A stretch of 64,000 nt of DNA, from assembly GCA_965223325.1 (NCBI GenBank), contig CBDCWI010000002.1, positions 1,536,001 to 1,600,000 on the forward strand. The letters run 5' to 3'. The stretch is from Candidatus Multivoradales bacterium. GTDB taxonomy: Bacteria; Acidobacteriota; Thermoanaerobaculia; Multivoradales; Multivoraceae. Numbering within the stretch: the stretch's first letter is position 1; each line of letters opens with the position of its first letter. Shown one piece after another: positions 1-11,254 of the stretch. Below the pieces are notes generated by a model, which saw only the letters and a program-made list of their open reading frames with translations, made no database searches and was not told the origin of the DNA. Both the position numbers and the translations under genes were made by a program.

Positions 1-224
1 GACGTGCAGCGTAGCCTGAGCCAACCGGTTTCTGATCTGCAAGCGCCATCTTCTAGTGCTCCACTGTTGTCAGAGGTCTCAGTCTTACACGAAAACCCAG
101 AGGGTCAGGCTATTGCGCGGCTGGCAGTCGCCGCGGGCGCTCGAGAACCCTCCCCCGTTCGACAACAGACTCGTCGATCTCGGGCACATGACGTCGAGGT
201 GACCGATCAGTAGGATCTCTCGCC

Positions 225-782
225 ATGAGCGACCTTGGGCAATGGGCCATCCGAAACTGGCGAATCTGGGCGGCAATCGGGATCGGCGTCGTTTCGGTTG
301 TGGTGGGCGCAACGGTCAGTTTGCCAATGGTGCCGGTCCCTATGACTCTCCAGTCACTGGCAATCATCGTCATTGGGGGCCTGTGCGGCCCACTCTGGGG
401 AGTAGCCATCCTGGCGCTCTACCTCGGCCTTGGGGCGCTTGGCCTGCCGGTGTTTGCCAGCGGTGGCTCCGGAGTCGAGGCCTTCTCGAGCTCCGGAGCG
501 GGCTACCTGTGGAGCTTTCCATTGGCTGCCGCGGTCGCGGGGGTGAGTGAACGACTCGCGCGCCAAGCGGAACACCCATTGCCCTGGCTGACCGCTGGTT
601 TCGTCTTCGCGCACCTGGTGATCCTCGGCCTCGGCGTCTTTGTCCTGGCCGAAACCCTGGTGCTACGCGAAGCCTTCGCAGTGGGTGCAAGGCCCTTCCT
701 GCTCGGCGCAGTCATAAAAAGCCTCATCGGGGCGGCCATCGTCACACGAATCGGCTGGCGAATGCCTGCCCTCTCGCGCTGA
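225..782 (+). CDS. bioY: Biotin transporter BioY (ECF S-component)
   Basis: Hydrophobic 185 aa with PVPMTLQSL and YLGLGALGLPVF..G...GYLWSF, typical of BioY. Confidence 0.9.
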   Translation: MSDLGQWAIRNWRIWAAIGIGVVSVVVGATVSLPMVPVPMTLQSLAIIVIGGLCGPLWGVAILALYLGLGALGLPVFASGGSGVEAFSSSGAGYLWSFPLAAAVAGVSERLARQAEHPLPWLTAGFVFAHLVILGLGVFVLAETLVLREAFAVGARPFLLGAVIKSLIGAAIVTRIGWRMPALSR

Positions 783-870
783 TCCTCAGGGCCCGGAGCG
801 GCTGGCCTCCTCGGTACGGATCAACAGGGGTGTACATTGGCCGGCACACCAGAACGCAAGGAGACCATTC

Positions 871-2121
<1,251 letters not shown>

Positions 2122-2470
2122 ATCGACGGCTCGTCGAGGGAGTTCTTGTCGGCGGCCACCGCGGTGGCTACGATGGTTTCAGCTTCGACATCACCGAGGC
2201 GCCGGTCGATGGCTCGAACCGGCTGGTGGTTAGGGTCTTCGATCCGACCGACGCCGGCACCCGAAGATTGGTCAACGCCACCAGCGGCTGGGCCGACCGC
2301 GGGGTCGGAGACGTAGTGGACATCCATCGCTACCCGAGCCCAGCGAAACCGAAGTGCGAAGAGCAGCGAGCCGGGTTCTCGGCGAGTTCGGCGGCCTCGG
2401 ACTGCCCCTCTCACACAACACCTCTTGCAGAAGGACGGCAACCGGGGCTACCGCGCCTTTCCCACCCGGG
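2122..2470 (+). pseudogene. Glycoside hydrolase family 2 remnant with internal deletion and frameshift
   Basis: HRGGYDGFSFDITE..VRVFDPTD (sugar-binding domain) fused to RLVNATSGWADRGVGDVVDIHRYP (catalytic barrel); GEFGGLGLP at 2381 in another frame; no start codon; ends approximate. Confidence 0.75.
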
Positions 2471-2614
2471 TCGAGCTCGGCGCCGCCAACCATAACTTGA
2501 TAGAGAAACTCGCACCAATGGTGGGCGAGGGATTGGCAGCTGCGACCGGGAGAGCGCTACGAGCACACCACGGTCTACCGCTTCAGTACCCGCTGACAGG
2601 CTAGGCTCGCGCGC

Positions 2615-3127
2615 ATGAAGCGCATCTGCCTGATCTCCGACACTCACGGCCACCTCGACGAGATGGTGCAGAAGAAGATCGAGGGCTGCGACGAGATCTG
2701 GCACGCCGGCGACGTGGGGACGACCGCGGTCCTTCGAGCCCTCGAAGCGGAGCTTCCAACGCGTGCCGTCTACGGCAACATCGACGGCGCCGAGCTGCGG
2801 CGCGAACTCCCGCTCGATCTTTCGTTCACCTCCGAACAGGTACGGGTACTGATCACCCATATCGCCGGCCGGGCTGGCCGATACCCGGCCCGCGTCGAAG
2901 CGCTGCTGGAAGAGCACCGGCCACAGCTGTTCATCTGCGGCCATTCGCACATCCTCCAGATCGCCCGCGCTCCTTGTGCCGCCGCAGCGGACGGCAAGCT
3001 CCTGCATGTCAATCCGGGAGCCTGCGGCAATTCAGGCCTTCACAAGGTCAAGACGCTGGTGCGTTTCACCGTCGACGACGGCGAGATCCGCGACATGGAA
3101 GCCGTCGAGTGGCCGCGGAACGTCTAG
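2615..3127 (+). CDS. YfcE-family metallophosphoesterase
   Basis: SDTHG, HAGD, GNID, GHSH and NPG motifs. Confidence 0.9.
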   Translation: MKRICLISDTHGHLDEMVQKKIEGCDEIWHAGDVGTTAVLRALEAELPTRAVYGNIDGAELRRELPLDLSFTSEQVRVLITHIAGRAGRYPARVEALLEEHRPQLFICGHSHILQIARAPCAAAADGKLLHVNPGACGNSGLHKVKTLVRFTVDDGEIRDMEAVEWPRNV

Positions 3128-3146
3128 AAACCGCTACGGCGTCCCC

Positions 3147-4094
3147 TTACCGGTCGCGTTGCTGAAGCCAGGCCCGCATCGTCTGCGACACCATGTCCGC
3201 GGCCTCCCACTGCACGAAATGGCCGGCGCTCGGAATCGAAACCAGGGTGTAGTCGGCGTCGATCCAGTCCCACGTGTTCTTTAGACCGTCTTTGTCGACT
3301 GCGGTGTCTTTGAGCCCATGGAACTGGAGCACCGGCATCGGCAGGTTCGGGAGCTCGACACCATCGCCCGAGATGCGGCCGTAATTGGCGCGGTAGTAGT
3401 TCACCATGCCATCGTACGACGAGCGCTCATAGGCCTCGCGGTAGCGGGCGCCGATGACGTCACCCATGCGACTGCTCATCGCCATGATCTGCGGCGGCAC
3501 CGGCGAGCCGTCGGGCTCGGAGGATGCAAACCTCTTGGCGTACTCGACGTTCTTGGCCTGCTCTGGGGTGGGATCCGCCACCACCGCGGCGTAGCCCTTG
3601 GGATGGGTGAGGTTGAGAATCACCAGGCGCTCGACCATCTCGGGGTGGTTCATCGCGAAGTTCCAGGCAATCGCACCGCCCCAGTCGTGCCCGACGAGAG
3701 TGACCTTCTCGGCTCCCATGTCCTCGATCACCGCTTTGACGTCGGTGAGAATGAGGGGCAGCGCGTAGTTCTCGACACCTTCGGGTTGCCCCGAGCGGTT
3801 GTAGCCGCGCAGGTCTAGTGCGGCGGTCTTGTAGTCACGAGACAGCACGTCCATCTGGTTGCGCCACGAGTACCAGAAGTCCGGAAAGCCATGCACGAAG
3901 AGCACCGGCTTGCCCTCGCCAAGCGTGACGTAGTGAATCTCGACGTCACCGTTCGGGGCCATCTTGTGATCGACGCGCTCCCAGACATCGACCCCGTCGG
4001 CGGCTGCAATGCCGGCAAAGGACAACAACAAGAAGGCCACCACCGCGAAAACGGCGAACGGACTGGCCAGGGGGGTTCTCAGGGATCGTCGCAT
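3147..4094 (-). CDS. Secreted alpha/beta hydrolase (epoxide hydrolase-like)
   Basis: HGFPD, GHDWGG and GHFV motifs; signal peptide after the ATG at 4094. Confidence 0.88.
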   Translation of the reverse strand: MRRSLRTPLASPFAVFAVVAFLLLSFAGIAAADGVDVWERVDHKMAPNGDVEIHYVTLGEGKPVLFVHGFPDFWYSWRNQMDVLSRDYKTAALDLRGYNRSGQPEGVENYALPLILTDVKAVIEDMGAEKVTLVGHDWGGAIAWNFAMNHPEMVERLVILNLTHPKGYAAVVADPTPEQAKNVEYAKRFASSEPDGSPVPPQIMAMSSRMGDVIGARYREAYERSSYDGMVNYYRANYGRISGDGVELPNLPMPVLQFHGLKDTAVDKDGLKNTWDWIDADYTLVSIPSAGHFVQWEAADMVSQTMRAWLQQRDR

Positions 4095-4296
4095 CGCTCT
4101 CTCCTCGTGCCGATCGGCTGCAAGCCGAACTGGCGTGTTCGGGGTGGTCAGGTACCAGCATAGCGGCTCCGACCAGGTCATTCGAACTGCCTGACGGACA
4201 CTGCTAGAGTGCCTGCTCCTGCCGCTTCGGCGGCACCTCTCCCCTGCGCGAGGGTTCGCCGACCCCCCAACCTCAAGAAAACCGAACCCTCTCTCG

Positions 4297-6132
4297 ATGA
4301 CGGCTGTCCTCGGCGTTTCTGCCTACTACCACGACTCCGCGGCGGCACTCCTGGTCGACGGCGAGATCGTCGCTGCCGCTCAGGAGGAGCGCTTCTCGCG
4401 CATCAAACACGACTGGCGGTTCCCCAGCCGCGCCATCGCCCACTGCCTCGAGAGTGCAGGGCTCGAAGCAGCCGACCTCGACCTCGTCGGCTTTTACGAC
4501 AAGCCGCTCCTCAAGTTCGACCGTCTGCTCGAGACCTACGTCTCCTACGCGCCGGCCGGGTTCCGATCGTTTAGAAGGGCGATGCCACTGTGGCTCAATC
4601 GCAAGCTGCACCTGCCCCGTGAACTGCGCCGCGAGCTCGGCGGCGCCTACAAGAAGCGATTCGTTTTCCTGGAGCATCACCAGTCGCATGCCGCCAGCGC
4701 GTTCTTTCCCTCACCCTTCGAAGAGGCCGCGATCTTGACGCTCGATGGCGTCGGCGAGTGGGCCACCGCCAGCTTCGGGACCGGACGAGGCAACCGCATC
4801 GAGCTTTCGCACGAGCTCCACTTTCCGCACTCGCTGGGGCTCCTCTACTCCGCCTTCACCTACTTCTGCGGCTTCAAGGTCAACTCGGGGGAGTACAAAC
4901 TCATGGGCCTCGCGCCCTACGGCGAGCCGCGCTACAAAGAGGTCATCCTCGACGAGCTGCTCGACCTGCGCGACGACGGCTCCTTTGCTCTCGACATGTC
5001 GTTCTTCAACTACTGCCAGGGTCTCACCATGACGTCGAAGCGCTTCGATGCGCTCTTCGACGGACCACCGCGCAGTCCCGAAACGCGGCTCACCCAACGC
5101 GAGATGGATCTCGCCGCTTCGGTGCAGGCAGTCACCGAAGACGTCGTTCTCGCCATCGGCCGTTTCGTTCACCAGACAACCAGTCTTGCCAATCTCTGCC
5201 TTGCCGGCGGGGTGGCTCTCAACTGCGTGGCCAACGGCAGGCTGCTACGCGAGGGGCCATACGAGAACATCTGGATTCAGCCCGCCGCCGGAGATGCGGG
5301 GGGCGCGCTCGGTACCGCCCAGTTCATCTGGCATCAACTCCAGAGCGGCGAACGACGGGTCAACCCAACCAGCGACTCGCAGAAGGGCTCGTTGCTCGGC
5401 CCGAGTTACGACACCGAGCGCGACATCGTGCCCTTCCTCGACAGCCAGGGCGCGGTCTACCGAACCTTCGACGACCGCAACGCGCTCTCCGAACATGTCG
5501 CAGGGCTCCTGGCCAGCGAAAACGTCGTCGGCTGGTTTCAAGGTCGGATGGAATTCGGCCCGCGTGCGCTGGGGAGTCGCAGCATTCTCGGCGACCCGCG
5601 CAGCCCGGCCATGCAGTCGGTGATGAATCTCAAAATCAAGTTCCGGGAGTCTTTTCGCCCCTTCGCTCCTTCGGTGCTCCGGAGCCGGGTCTCGGAGTTC
5701 TTCTCGATGCGTGACCGGGAGGACAGTCCCTACATGCTCCTGGTCGCGCCGGTACAGGAGAGTAAGCGCCTGGACTCCGAGGAGACTCGAGAAGGACTCG
5801 ACAAGCTCAAGACCGAGCGTTCCGTCGTTCCCGCGATCACGCATGTCGACTACTCGGCGCGTGTGCAGACCGTCGACCCAGAGCGGCACCCGGCATACCA
5901 CCAACTGATCTTGGCCTTCGAACGTCAGACGGGGTGCCCGCTCTTGATCAACACCAGTTTCAATGTGCGCGGCGAGCCCATCGTTTGCACACCTGAAGAC
6001 GCCCTTCGCTGCTTCATGGCCACCGATATGGACGTTCTGGTGCTCGAGCACGCGGTGCTCGAGAAAAGCGAGCAGACCGGCACCGAGAACTGGAAACGTG
6101 ACGAGTACCTGGCGCAGTTCGAGTTGGACTGA
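4297..6132 (+). CDS. Carbamoyltransferase, NodU/CmcH (SxtI-like)
   Basis: YYHDSAA, EHHQSHAASAF, DGVGE, GEYKLMGLAPYG, EFGPRALG and NTSFNVRGEP motifs. Confidence 0.95.
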   Translation: MTAVLGVSAYYHDSAAALLVDGEIVAAAQEERFSRIKHDWRFPSRAIAHCLESAGLEAADLDLVGFYDKPLLKFDRLLETYVSYAPAGFRSFRRAMPLWLNRKLHLPRELRRELGGAYKKRFVFLEHHQSHAASAFFPSPFEEAAILTLDGVGEWATASFGTGRGNRIELSHELHFPHSLGLLYSAFTYFCGFKVNSGEYKLMGLAPYGEPRYKEVILDELLDLRDDGSFALDMSFFNYCQGLTMTSKRFDALFDGPPRSPETRLTQREMDLAASVQAVTEDVVLAIGRFVHQTTSLANLCLAGGVALNCVANGRLLREGPYENIWIQPAAGDAGGALGTAQFIWHQLQSGERRVNPTSDSQKGSLLGPSYDTERDIVPFLDSQGAVYRTFDDRNALSEHVAGLLASENVVGWFQGRMEFGPRALGSRSILGDPRSPAMQSVMNLKIKFRESFRPFAPSVLRSRVSEFFSMRDREDSPYMLLVAPVQESKRLDSEETREGLDKLKTERSVVPAITHVDYSARVQTVDPERHPAYHQLILAFERQTGCPLLINTSFNVRGEPIVCTPEDALRCFMATDMDVLVLEHAVLEKSEQTGTENWKRDEYLAQFELD

Positions 6133-6137
6133 AGGCG

Positions 6138-6551
6138 ATGATCGAAATCAATCGAAACCCCTCGCGGAAGGCACTGCTCCAGTTCAGCTTGATCTGGTTT
6201 CCGGCGTTTTGCGCCCTGGTGGGCCTTTTTCTCTGGCACCGCTTCGGGCTCGAGCAACCGGCCCGTCTGGTGTGGGGAGGCGGAGCCGTGCTGGCTGTTC
6301 TCGCTGCCCTCATGAGACCCCTGGCGCGCGGGCTCTACCTTGGCCTGACCTTTCTCACCTACCCCATCGGCTGGGTACTGTCGCACTTGATCCTCTTTCT
6401 TCTATTCTTCGCTGTGGTCACCCCGATTGGCCTCGCCATGCGCCTCTTTGGCAAGGACCCGCTCGCCAAAGGGCCCGATCCCACCAGATCGACCTACTGG
6501 ATCGAGCGCACCGACCCCACCGACCCCGAGCGCTACTTCCGACAGTCCTAG
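6138..6551 (+). CDS. SxtJ-family membrane protein
   Basis: TM helices, TPIGLAMRLFGKDPL, STYW...YFRQ; follows the carbamoyltransferase. Confidence 0.85.
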   Translation: MIEINRNPSRKALLQFSLIWFPAFCALVGLFLWHRFGLEQPARLVWGGGAVLAVLAALMRPLARGLYLGLTFLTYPIGWVLSHLILFLLFFAVVTPIGLAMRLFGKDPLAKGPDPTRSTYWIERTDPTDPERYFRQS

Positions 6552-6596
6552 CGGCCCAGCACCCAACAAGCGCCTCACGACGGAGACCCACTCGAC

Positions 6597-6785
6597 ATGA
6601 ACGACGACAACTTCTCCAAACTTGCCGACAGCAAGAGCTCTTCTCTCGTCGGCGAGTTCTGGGCGTTCCTGCGCGACAACAAGAAGTGGTGGCTGGCACC
6701 CATCGTGATCGCCATCCTGCTGCTCGGCCTCTTGGTGGTCCTGGGAGGCTCCGGCGCTGCTCCCTTCATCTACACCCTCTTCTAG
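6597..6785 (+). CDS. DUF5989 / SxtK-like small membrane protein
   Basis: EFWAFLRDNKKWWLAP...APFIYTLF signature. Confidence 0.88.
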   Translation: MNDDNFSKLADSKSSSLVGEFWAFLRDNKKWWLAPIVIAILLLGLLVVLGGSGAAPFIYTLF

Positions 6786-6801
6786 GGCACTCGCGGCGTC
6801 G

Positions 6802-7455
6802 TCAGCCGACGGCGTAGTAGAGAACCGCAACGAAGTGGCAGCTGGTGCCGGCGAGGACGAACAGGTGCCAGACGAAGTGGCTGTAGCGCACCTTCGACAT
6901 GACATAGAAGGGGACGCCGACGGTGTAGCCGATGCCACCGAGGAGCAGCCACAGGAGGCCCTCGGAGGGCATCGCTGCGAATAGCGGCTGGAGGGCGAAG
7001 AGCCCGACCCAACCCATGGCCAGGTAGAAGGCGACGGAGACTCGACGGTGGCGCACCCCGAAGATCGCCTTCCAGAGGACGCCGGCCAACGCCAGACCCC
7101 AGACCACCCCGAACAGGGTCCAGCCCACGGTACCGCGCAGAACACCGAGGGTGAACGGCGTGTAGGTTCCGGCGATCAAGAGGTAGATCGCGGCGTGGTC
7201 GACCAGCCGGAAGATCTGCTTGGCGCGGTTGCGGGGCAGCGCGTGGTAGATGGTCGAGGCCAGGTACATGGCGCTCGCCGAGGCGAGGAAGACCCAGGCG
7301 CCAATGAGGGCCGTGGTGCCGCCGCGTTCGGCTGCGGTCGTAAAGAGAAGCGGTGCCACCACGACGGTCAGAAGGAGCCCGGCAGCATGGCTGATGGCGT
7401 TGGCGATCTCCTCGCCCGGCGACTGCAGGCGCTTCGAAGGCGGTGGGGTGTTCAA
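6802..7455 (-). CDS. Hemolysin III / PAQR (TrhA-like) membrane protein
   Basis: EEIANAISH, STIYH, DHAAIYLLIAGTYTPF and HFVWHLFV motifs; TTG start at 7455 inferred. Confidence 0.9.
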   Translation of the reverse strand: MNTPPPSKRLQSPGEEIANAISHAAGLLLTVVVAPLLFTTAAERGGTTALIGAWVFLASASAMYLASTIYHALPRNRAKQIFRLVDHAAIYLLIAGTYTPFTLGVLRGTVGWTLFGVVWGLALAGVLWKAIFGVRHRRVSVAFYLAMGWVGLFALQPLFAAMPSEGLLWLLLGGIGYTVGVPFYVMSKVRYSHFVWHLFVLAGTSCHFVAVLYYAVG

Positions 7456-7474
7456 CCGCTCAGGCCTCGCAACT

Positions 7475-8587
7475 TCAACGGCCGGCGACCTGACGGTAGA
7501 TCGCAGAGTAGCGCTCGACCATTGTCTCGAGGTCGAAATACTCGCTGGCCCGCCTTTGGCCTCGGCGTCCCATCTCCGCCCAGTCGTTCGGAGAACGGTA
7601 GAAGTCGACCAGCGCCGCATCGAGCTCTTCGGGGTCCTCGGCGCGAATCAACCAACCGGTCAATCCCGGCACGACGATCTCTTCGGGGCCGCCCGAGCGC
7701 GTGGCAATCACCGGGCGGCCGGCAGCCATCGCTTCGACGATCGCAGCGCCGAAGGCCTCGCGGCGCCCGCTGTTACGCGTTGCCAGGATCTTCCCGTCGG
7801 CCATCTTGAGAATCTCGGGGACGTCGTGCCGCAGACCGGCGAAGACGACCTTCTTCTCCAGGCCGGCCACGCGCACCTGTTGCTCGAGCTGTGCGGTGTA
7901 GTCGGCATCGCCCTGGCCTACGAGGAGGAGTCGCAGCCGAGGTAGCCGTTCGTGGAGCCGCTCGAACGCTTCGAGCAACTCGACGTGACCTTTCACCTCA
8001 ACCAGATGGGCCACCGAGACCAGAACCACGTCATCGTCGCTCATGCCGAACGCGGAGCGCGCGCAAGCCTCGGCACGACCGAACCGTTCGAGGTCGACCC
8101 CAGTCGGTACCTTCTCGACCTTCTGCGCGACACGGGCGAGCTGCTGCTCTTGCGCATCCGAGAGGCACACCACTTTGTCGGCCAGCGCCAGTTTGCCGCG
8201 CCAGCGCCTCTCGTTGTAGGCCAGGTTGGTCTTCTCGGCGACGAAGCGCGTTCCCGACAACTTCGTCGCCAGCGCCTCGGTCCAGTCCGAGGAGTAGTCG
8301 AACGAATGACAGACGTCGGCCTTGCTGGCCACTGCCAGGCTGCTCTGCAGCATGCGCATGGCGAACTTGCGTCGCGGGCGCCGGTTGACGCGGATCGAGG
8401 GCAGCTCGTACACCGGACAGAGTTCGGCCAGGCGCCGCTCGAGGGCCGAGCCCGAGAGCTTCGCGACGCCGATCGAGGGCTCGAACTCGTCGCGGTCGAT
8501 GTTTTCCACGATGTCGGCAACGACGTGCTTCATTCCGGCGGTATCGAGATTGTTGATGGTCAACAGCAGGCGGATCTTCTCAGGCAT
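7475..8587 (-). CDS. Glycosyltransferase family 4
   Basis: KGH and EAFGAAIVEAMAAGRPVIAT..GG..E motifs; start at MPEKIRLL inferred. Confidence 0.9.
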   Translation of the reverse strand: MPEKIRLLLTINNLDTAGMKHVVADIVENIDRDEFEPSIGVAKLSGSALERRLAELCPVYELPSIRVNRRPRRKFAMRMLQSSLAVASKADVCHSFDYSSDWTEALATKLSGTRFVAEKTNLAYNERRWRGKLALADKVVCLSDAQEQQLARVAQKVEKVPTGVDLERFGRAEACARSAFGMSDDDVVLVSVAHLVEVKGHVELLEAFERLHERLPRLRLLLVGQGDADYTAQLEQQVRVAGLEKKVVFAGLRHDVPEILKMADGKILATRNSGRREAFGAAIVEAMAAGRPVIATRSGGPEEIVVPGLTGWLIRAEDPEELDAALVDFYRSPNDWAEMGRRGQRRASEYFDLETMVERYSAIYRQVAGR

Positions 8588-8738
8588 CGCGGCGGGACTC
8601 CGGGGGGAGGGTTGGAGCAAGGAGGGGAAGGTCTGTGGGGAGGGCACGGCGGGTGGCCACCGTCGGTCGCCCTAGCATACGCCAAAAAACCAAGAAATCT
8701 CTTCTCTTTCAAGGTCCCCACCAGCAGCTGGTGTCCGC

Positions 8739-9779
8739 TCAGAGGTCGAGCGCCGCCAGTTCGGCTTCCGCCGCCAGAAAACCGAACGGCGACCAGTTGG
8801 GCTGTGACGTGACGTCGCGGAAGAGCTCGACCGCCCCCTCCTCATCGCCAGCCAGGAGCCTTGACATGGCCACCCCATAGCCCACCGTGCCCCCCGCGAT
8901 CCAACCGTCCTCGCGGGCCGCCGCCAGGAGGCCATCTTCGGTGATGTCTCCCCTGAACAGGCGCAGGAGGCGGTGGTAGTCACCGCTCTCGAGCAACTCC
9001 ATCTCGGCCGGCATGTCCGCAATCAGTGCGGCAGCATCGTCGTCCCGACCAGCGCGCCGGAGCGTCAGGTAGCCCCAGTAGCGCGTCGCGATCTCCATGT
9101 CGTCGTTCTTCGCTCGCTCGAAGCAGCGTTCATAGGCTGCCCACGCGACGTCCCACTGCCGCTCTAGGTAGTGCGCCAGACCGAGGTGGTAGTAGATATT
9201 GGTCTGCAGGGTGCTGGTTTCGATGCCGGCGGCGTTGGGCAGGCCGTCGGGCTCGGTGATATCGGGCTGGCCCAGGGTGAGCTCCGCCGCCTTCTCGAGA
9301 TCACGCACCGCCTCCGCGAGACGTCGCACCGTCAGGTAACGATGCCCCCGATGACGGTAGAGGCGCGGCTCGTTGGGAAAGCGTTCGATCGCCCGGCTGT
9401 AGTGGTCGAGTGCTTCGTCGTAGCGCCCCAGATAGGCCAAGCGCCGACCCACCCAGATCCAGGCCGAGACATCGCCCGGGTTATCCTCTAGATCGGCTCT
9501 TGCCTGCTCGAGCAGAGCTTGCTGCTTCTCGACCATTGCGGGCTCCAGCGGGCCCCTGCGGAGCGGTTCGCCCCGCAAGCTCGTCGCGCTGATCGGCGCG
9601 GTTGCCTCATCCTCGAAGTCGAGACTCGAGACCGGCTGGCGCTCAGCGGTCTGCTCGCCGTCCCCTTGCGTTCCCGGTTGCGAACTCGGTTGCGTACAGC
9701 CGCCGATCAGGAGACCGAGGAGGGCCAGGCAGGTGGGACCCAGAGCGACAGGATGGGATGGGGCGTTGTTGTTCGACAT
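8739..9779 (-). CDS. TPR-repeat lipoprotein
   Basis: Lipobox-like LIGGC; TPR-like helices (GRRLAYLGRYDEA, RHRGHRY, YYHLGLAHY). Confidence 0.8.
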   Translation of the reverse strand: MSNNNAPSHPVALGPTCLALLGLLIGGCTQPSSQPGTQGDGEQTAERQPVSSLDFEDEATAPISATSLRGEPLRRGPLEPAMVEKQQALLEQARADLEDNPGDVSAWIWVGRRLAYLGRYDEALDHYSRAIERFPNEPRLYRHRGHRYLTVRRLAEAVRDLEKAAELTLGQPDITEPDGLPNAAGIETSTLQTNIYYHLGLAHYLERQWDVAWAAYERCFERAKNDDMEIATRYWGYLTLRRAGRDDDAAALIADMPAEMELLESGDYHRLLRLFRGDITEDGLLAAAREDGWIAGGTVGYGVAMSRLLAGDEEGAVELFRDVTSQPNWSPFGFLAAEAELAALDL

Positions 9780-9912
9780 GGTTGGTCTCCGGACCACTCA
9801 CCGAGACCGGCCGACGGACCTGCGAGGCAAATGGCTTCAAGCGAGAGGTTGCAGAAGCACTCTAACTGCAAGCGAACCGCATGCGCCGCGGCCTCCGATG
9901 CGAAGCCGGTGG

Positions 9913-9937
9913 GCGCGGGGGATCCCATCCCCCGCGC
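9913..9937. terminator. GC-rich hairpin downstream of the Calx-beta gene
   Basis: Perfect 11-bp stem GCGCGGGGGAT-ccc-ATCCCCCGCGC; no clear U-tract. Confidence 0.5.
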
Positions 9938-9961
9938 GTGCCCGGTCTGTGGCTTACCGGC

Positions 9962-11254
9962 TCACTGCTCGCGACAGGTTGCAAAGGCCAGGACGTCGGT
10001 GACCGCACCCGACGCATGCCCGGCGGGATTCTCATAGACCCTTGTGCTGCCCGTCAGGAGGTCGGTGACCTCGATCGTGTACTCGACATCGGTCGTCGCG
10101 GCGTAGAACACCCAGTTGTGCCCGTTGAGCGCACAACCGTCGAGGACCTTCATCAACACCTCGACGTTCTCGTCACTGAAGAACCACGCCAGGCCAGCTG
10201 CGTCGGTGGCGGGAGTCCAGTGGAACACGCCGCTCTCGCCGTTGCCGGCGGTCCAGCGACCGGTCGCCTGGAAGCGGCCGTCGCGCAAGCACAGGGTTTC
10301 GTCGCTCGGCACGCATGAACTCGGCCCCCTGTCGTCGTCGATGATGAGCACCGACGCGCTATCGCGACGTCCTAGTTCGGCGTCGCCGTGAGCCTCGGTG
10401 AGCAAAACGGTGATGGTTTCGGGGCGCTCGCGCTCATCGTCGTCGAAAAGGGCCACGGTGAAGCTCTTTCTGCCAGTCTCGCCGTCACCCCAGGACACGG
10501 TCCCGGCATCGGCCATGAAATCGATGCCTTCTAGAGCGCTGCCAGCGATGAGCATGTAGTCGACGCTGGCGGCACCGGTACCGCCGCGCCGCTCGAGCGT
10601 AACCGTCGCTTCACCGGCGGCCTCGAAGGCCGGAAAGGTCGCTGCCTTGAGCTTGATCTGGCTGGGTTTCGAAGAAGGTTTGCCGTTGCCGTTTCCTTGG
10701 TCGCCCACTTCGTCGTCGCCGTCTCCGTCGTCTTCTCCGTCGTCGTCACCGTCTTCGCCGTCGTCGCCATCATCGCTGTCGTCACCGTCTTCGCCGTCGT
10801 CGTTCCCTCCGGCGCGATCGGACGGTTTGATGCGCACGATGGCCGCGGCCGGGTGCCCTAGATTGACGCCTTCGGCGGGAACCAGCCGCACGCCGAACGT
10901 CTCTTGAGACTCGCGCAGTGCGTCGTCAACGATCGTAATGGCAAAGCTCTTGTCGGCGCGATCACCATCGTCCCAGGAGAGCGAGCCCGAGACATCCAGG
11001 TAGTCCTCACCCGCGGTGGCGGTTCCCGGAACCAGCTCCCAGGCCACCGCGACTTCGCCGCTGGAACCCCCCACCCGCCGAACGGTCACCGTCACCTCGC
11101 CGGCTTCTTCGGCGACCGGGAAGGCAGCGCCGCGCAGTTTCAACTCACCCGACCGGTCCGGCTTTTCCGCCCCCGACGCAACCGCAACCAAAGAGAAAAG
11201 GGACAGACACCAGAACCAACGAAGAGGACGAAAGAAAGGACACGAAGCAGACAT
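9962..11254 (-). CDS. Secreted protein: two Calx-beta domains, acidic linker, Cys-containing C-terminal domain
   Basis: Signal peptide; GTATAGEDY and GSALEGIDF repeats; D/G-rich linker; C-terminal CVPSDETLCL..FFSDENVEVLMKVLDGC. Confidence 0.85.
   Translation of the reverse strand: MSASCPFFRPLRWFWCLSLFSLVAVASGAEKPDRSGELKLRGAAFPVAEEAGEVTVTVRRVGGSSGEVAVAWELVPGTATAGEDYLDVSGSLSWDDGDRADKSFAITIVDDALRESQETFGVRLVPAEGVNLGHPAAAIVRIKPSDRAGGNDDGEDGDDSDDGDDGEDGDDDGEDDGDGDDEVGDQGNGNGKPSSKPSQIKLKAATFPAFEAAGEATVTLERRGGTGAASVDYMLIAGSALEGIDFMADAGTVSWGDGETGRKSFTVALFDDDERERPETITVLLTEAHGDAELGRRDSASVLIIDDDRGPSSCVPSDETLCLRDGRFQATGRWTAGNGESGVFHWTPATDAAGLAWFFSDENVEVLMKVLDGCALNGHNWVFYAATTDVEYTIEVTDLLTGSTRVYENPAGHASGAVTDVLAFATCREQ

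Noticed and set aside
1-213. Open frame at the window start
   Set aside because: May be the tail of an upstream gene, but it has no recognisable motif
4297-6785. Saxitoxin biosynthesis
   Set aside because: Only the widespread sxtIJK-like trio is present; core sxt genes are absent
6802-7455. Hemolysin virulence factor
   Set aside because: HlyIII/PAQR proteins are ubiquitous membrane homeostasis proteins
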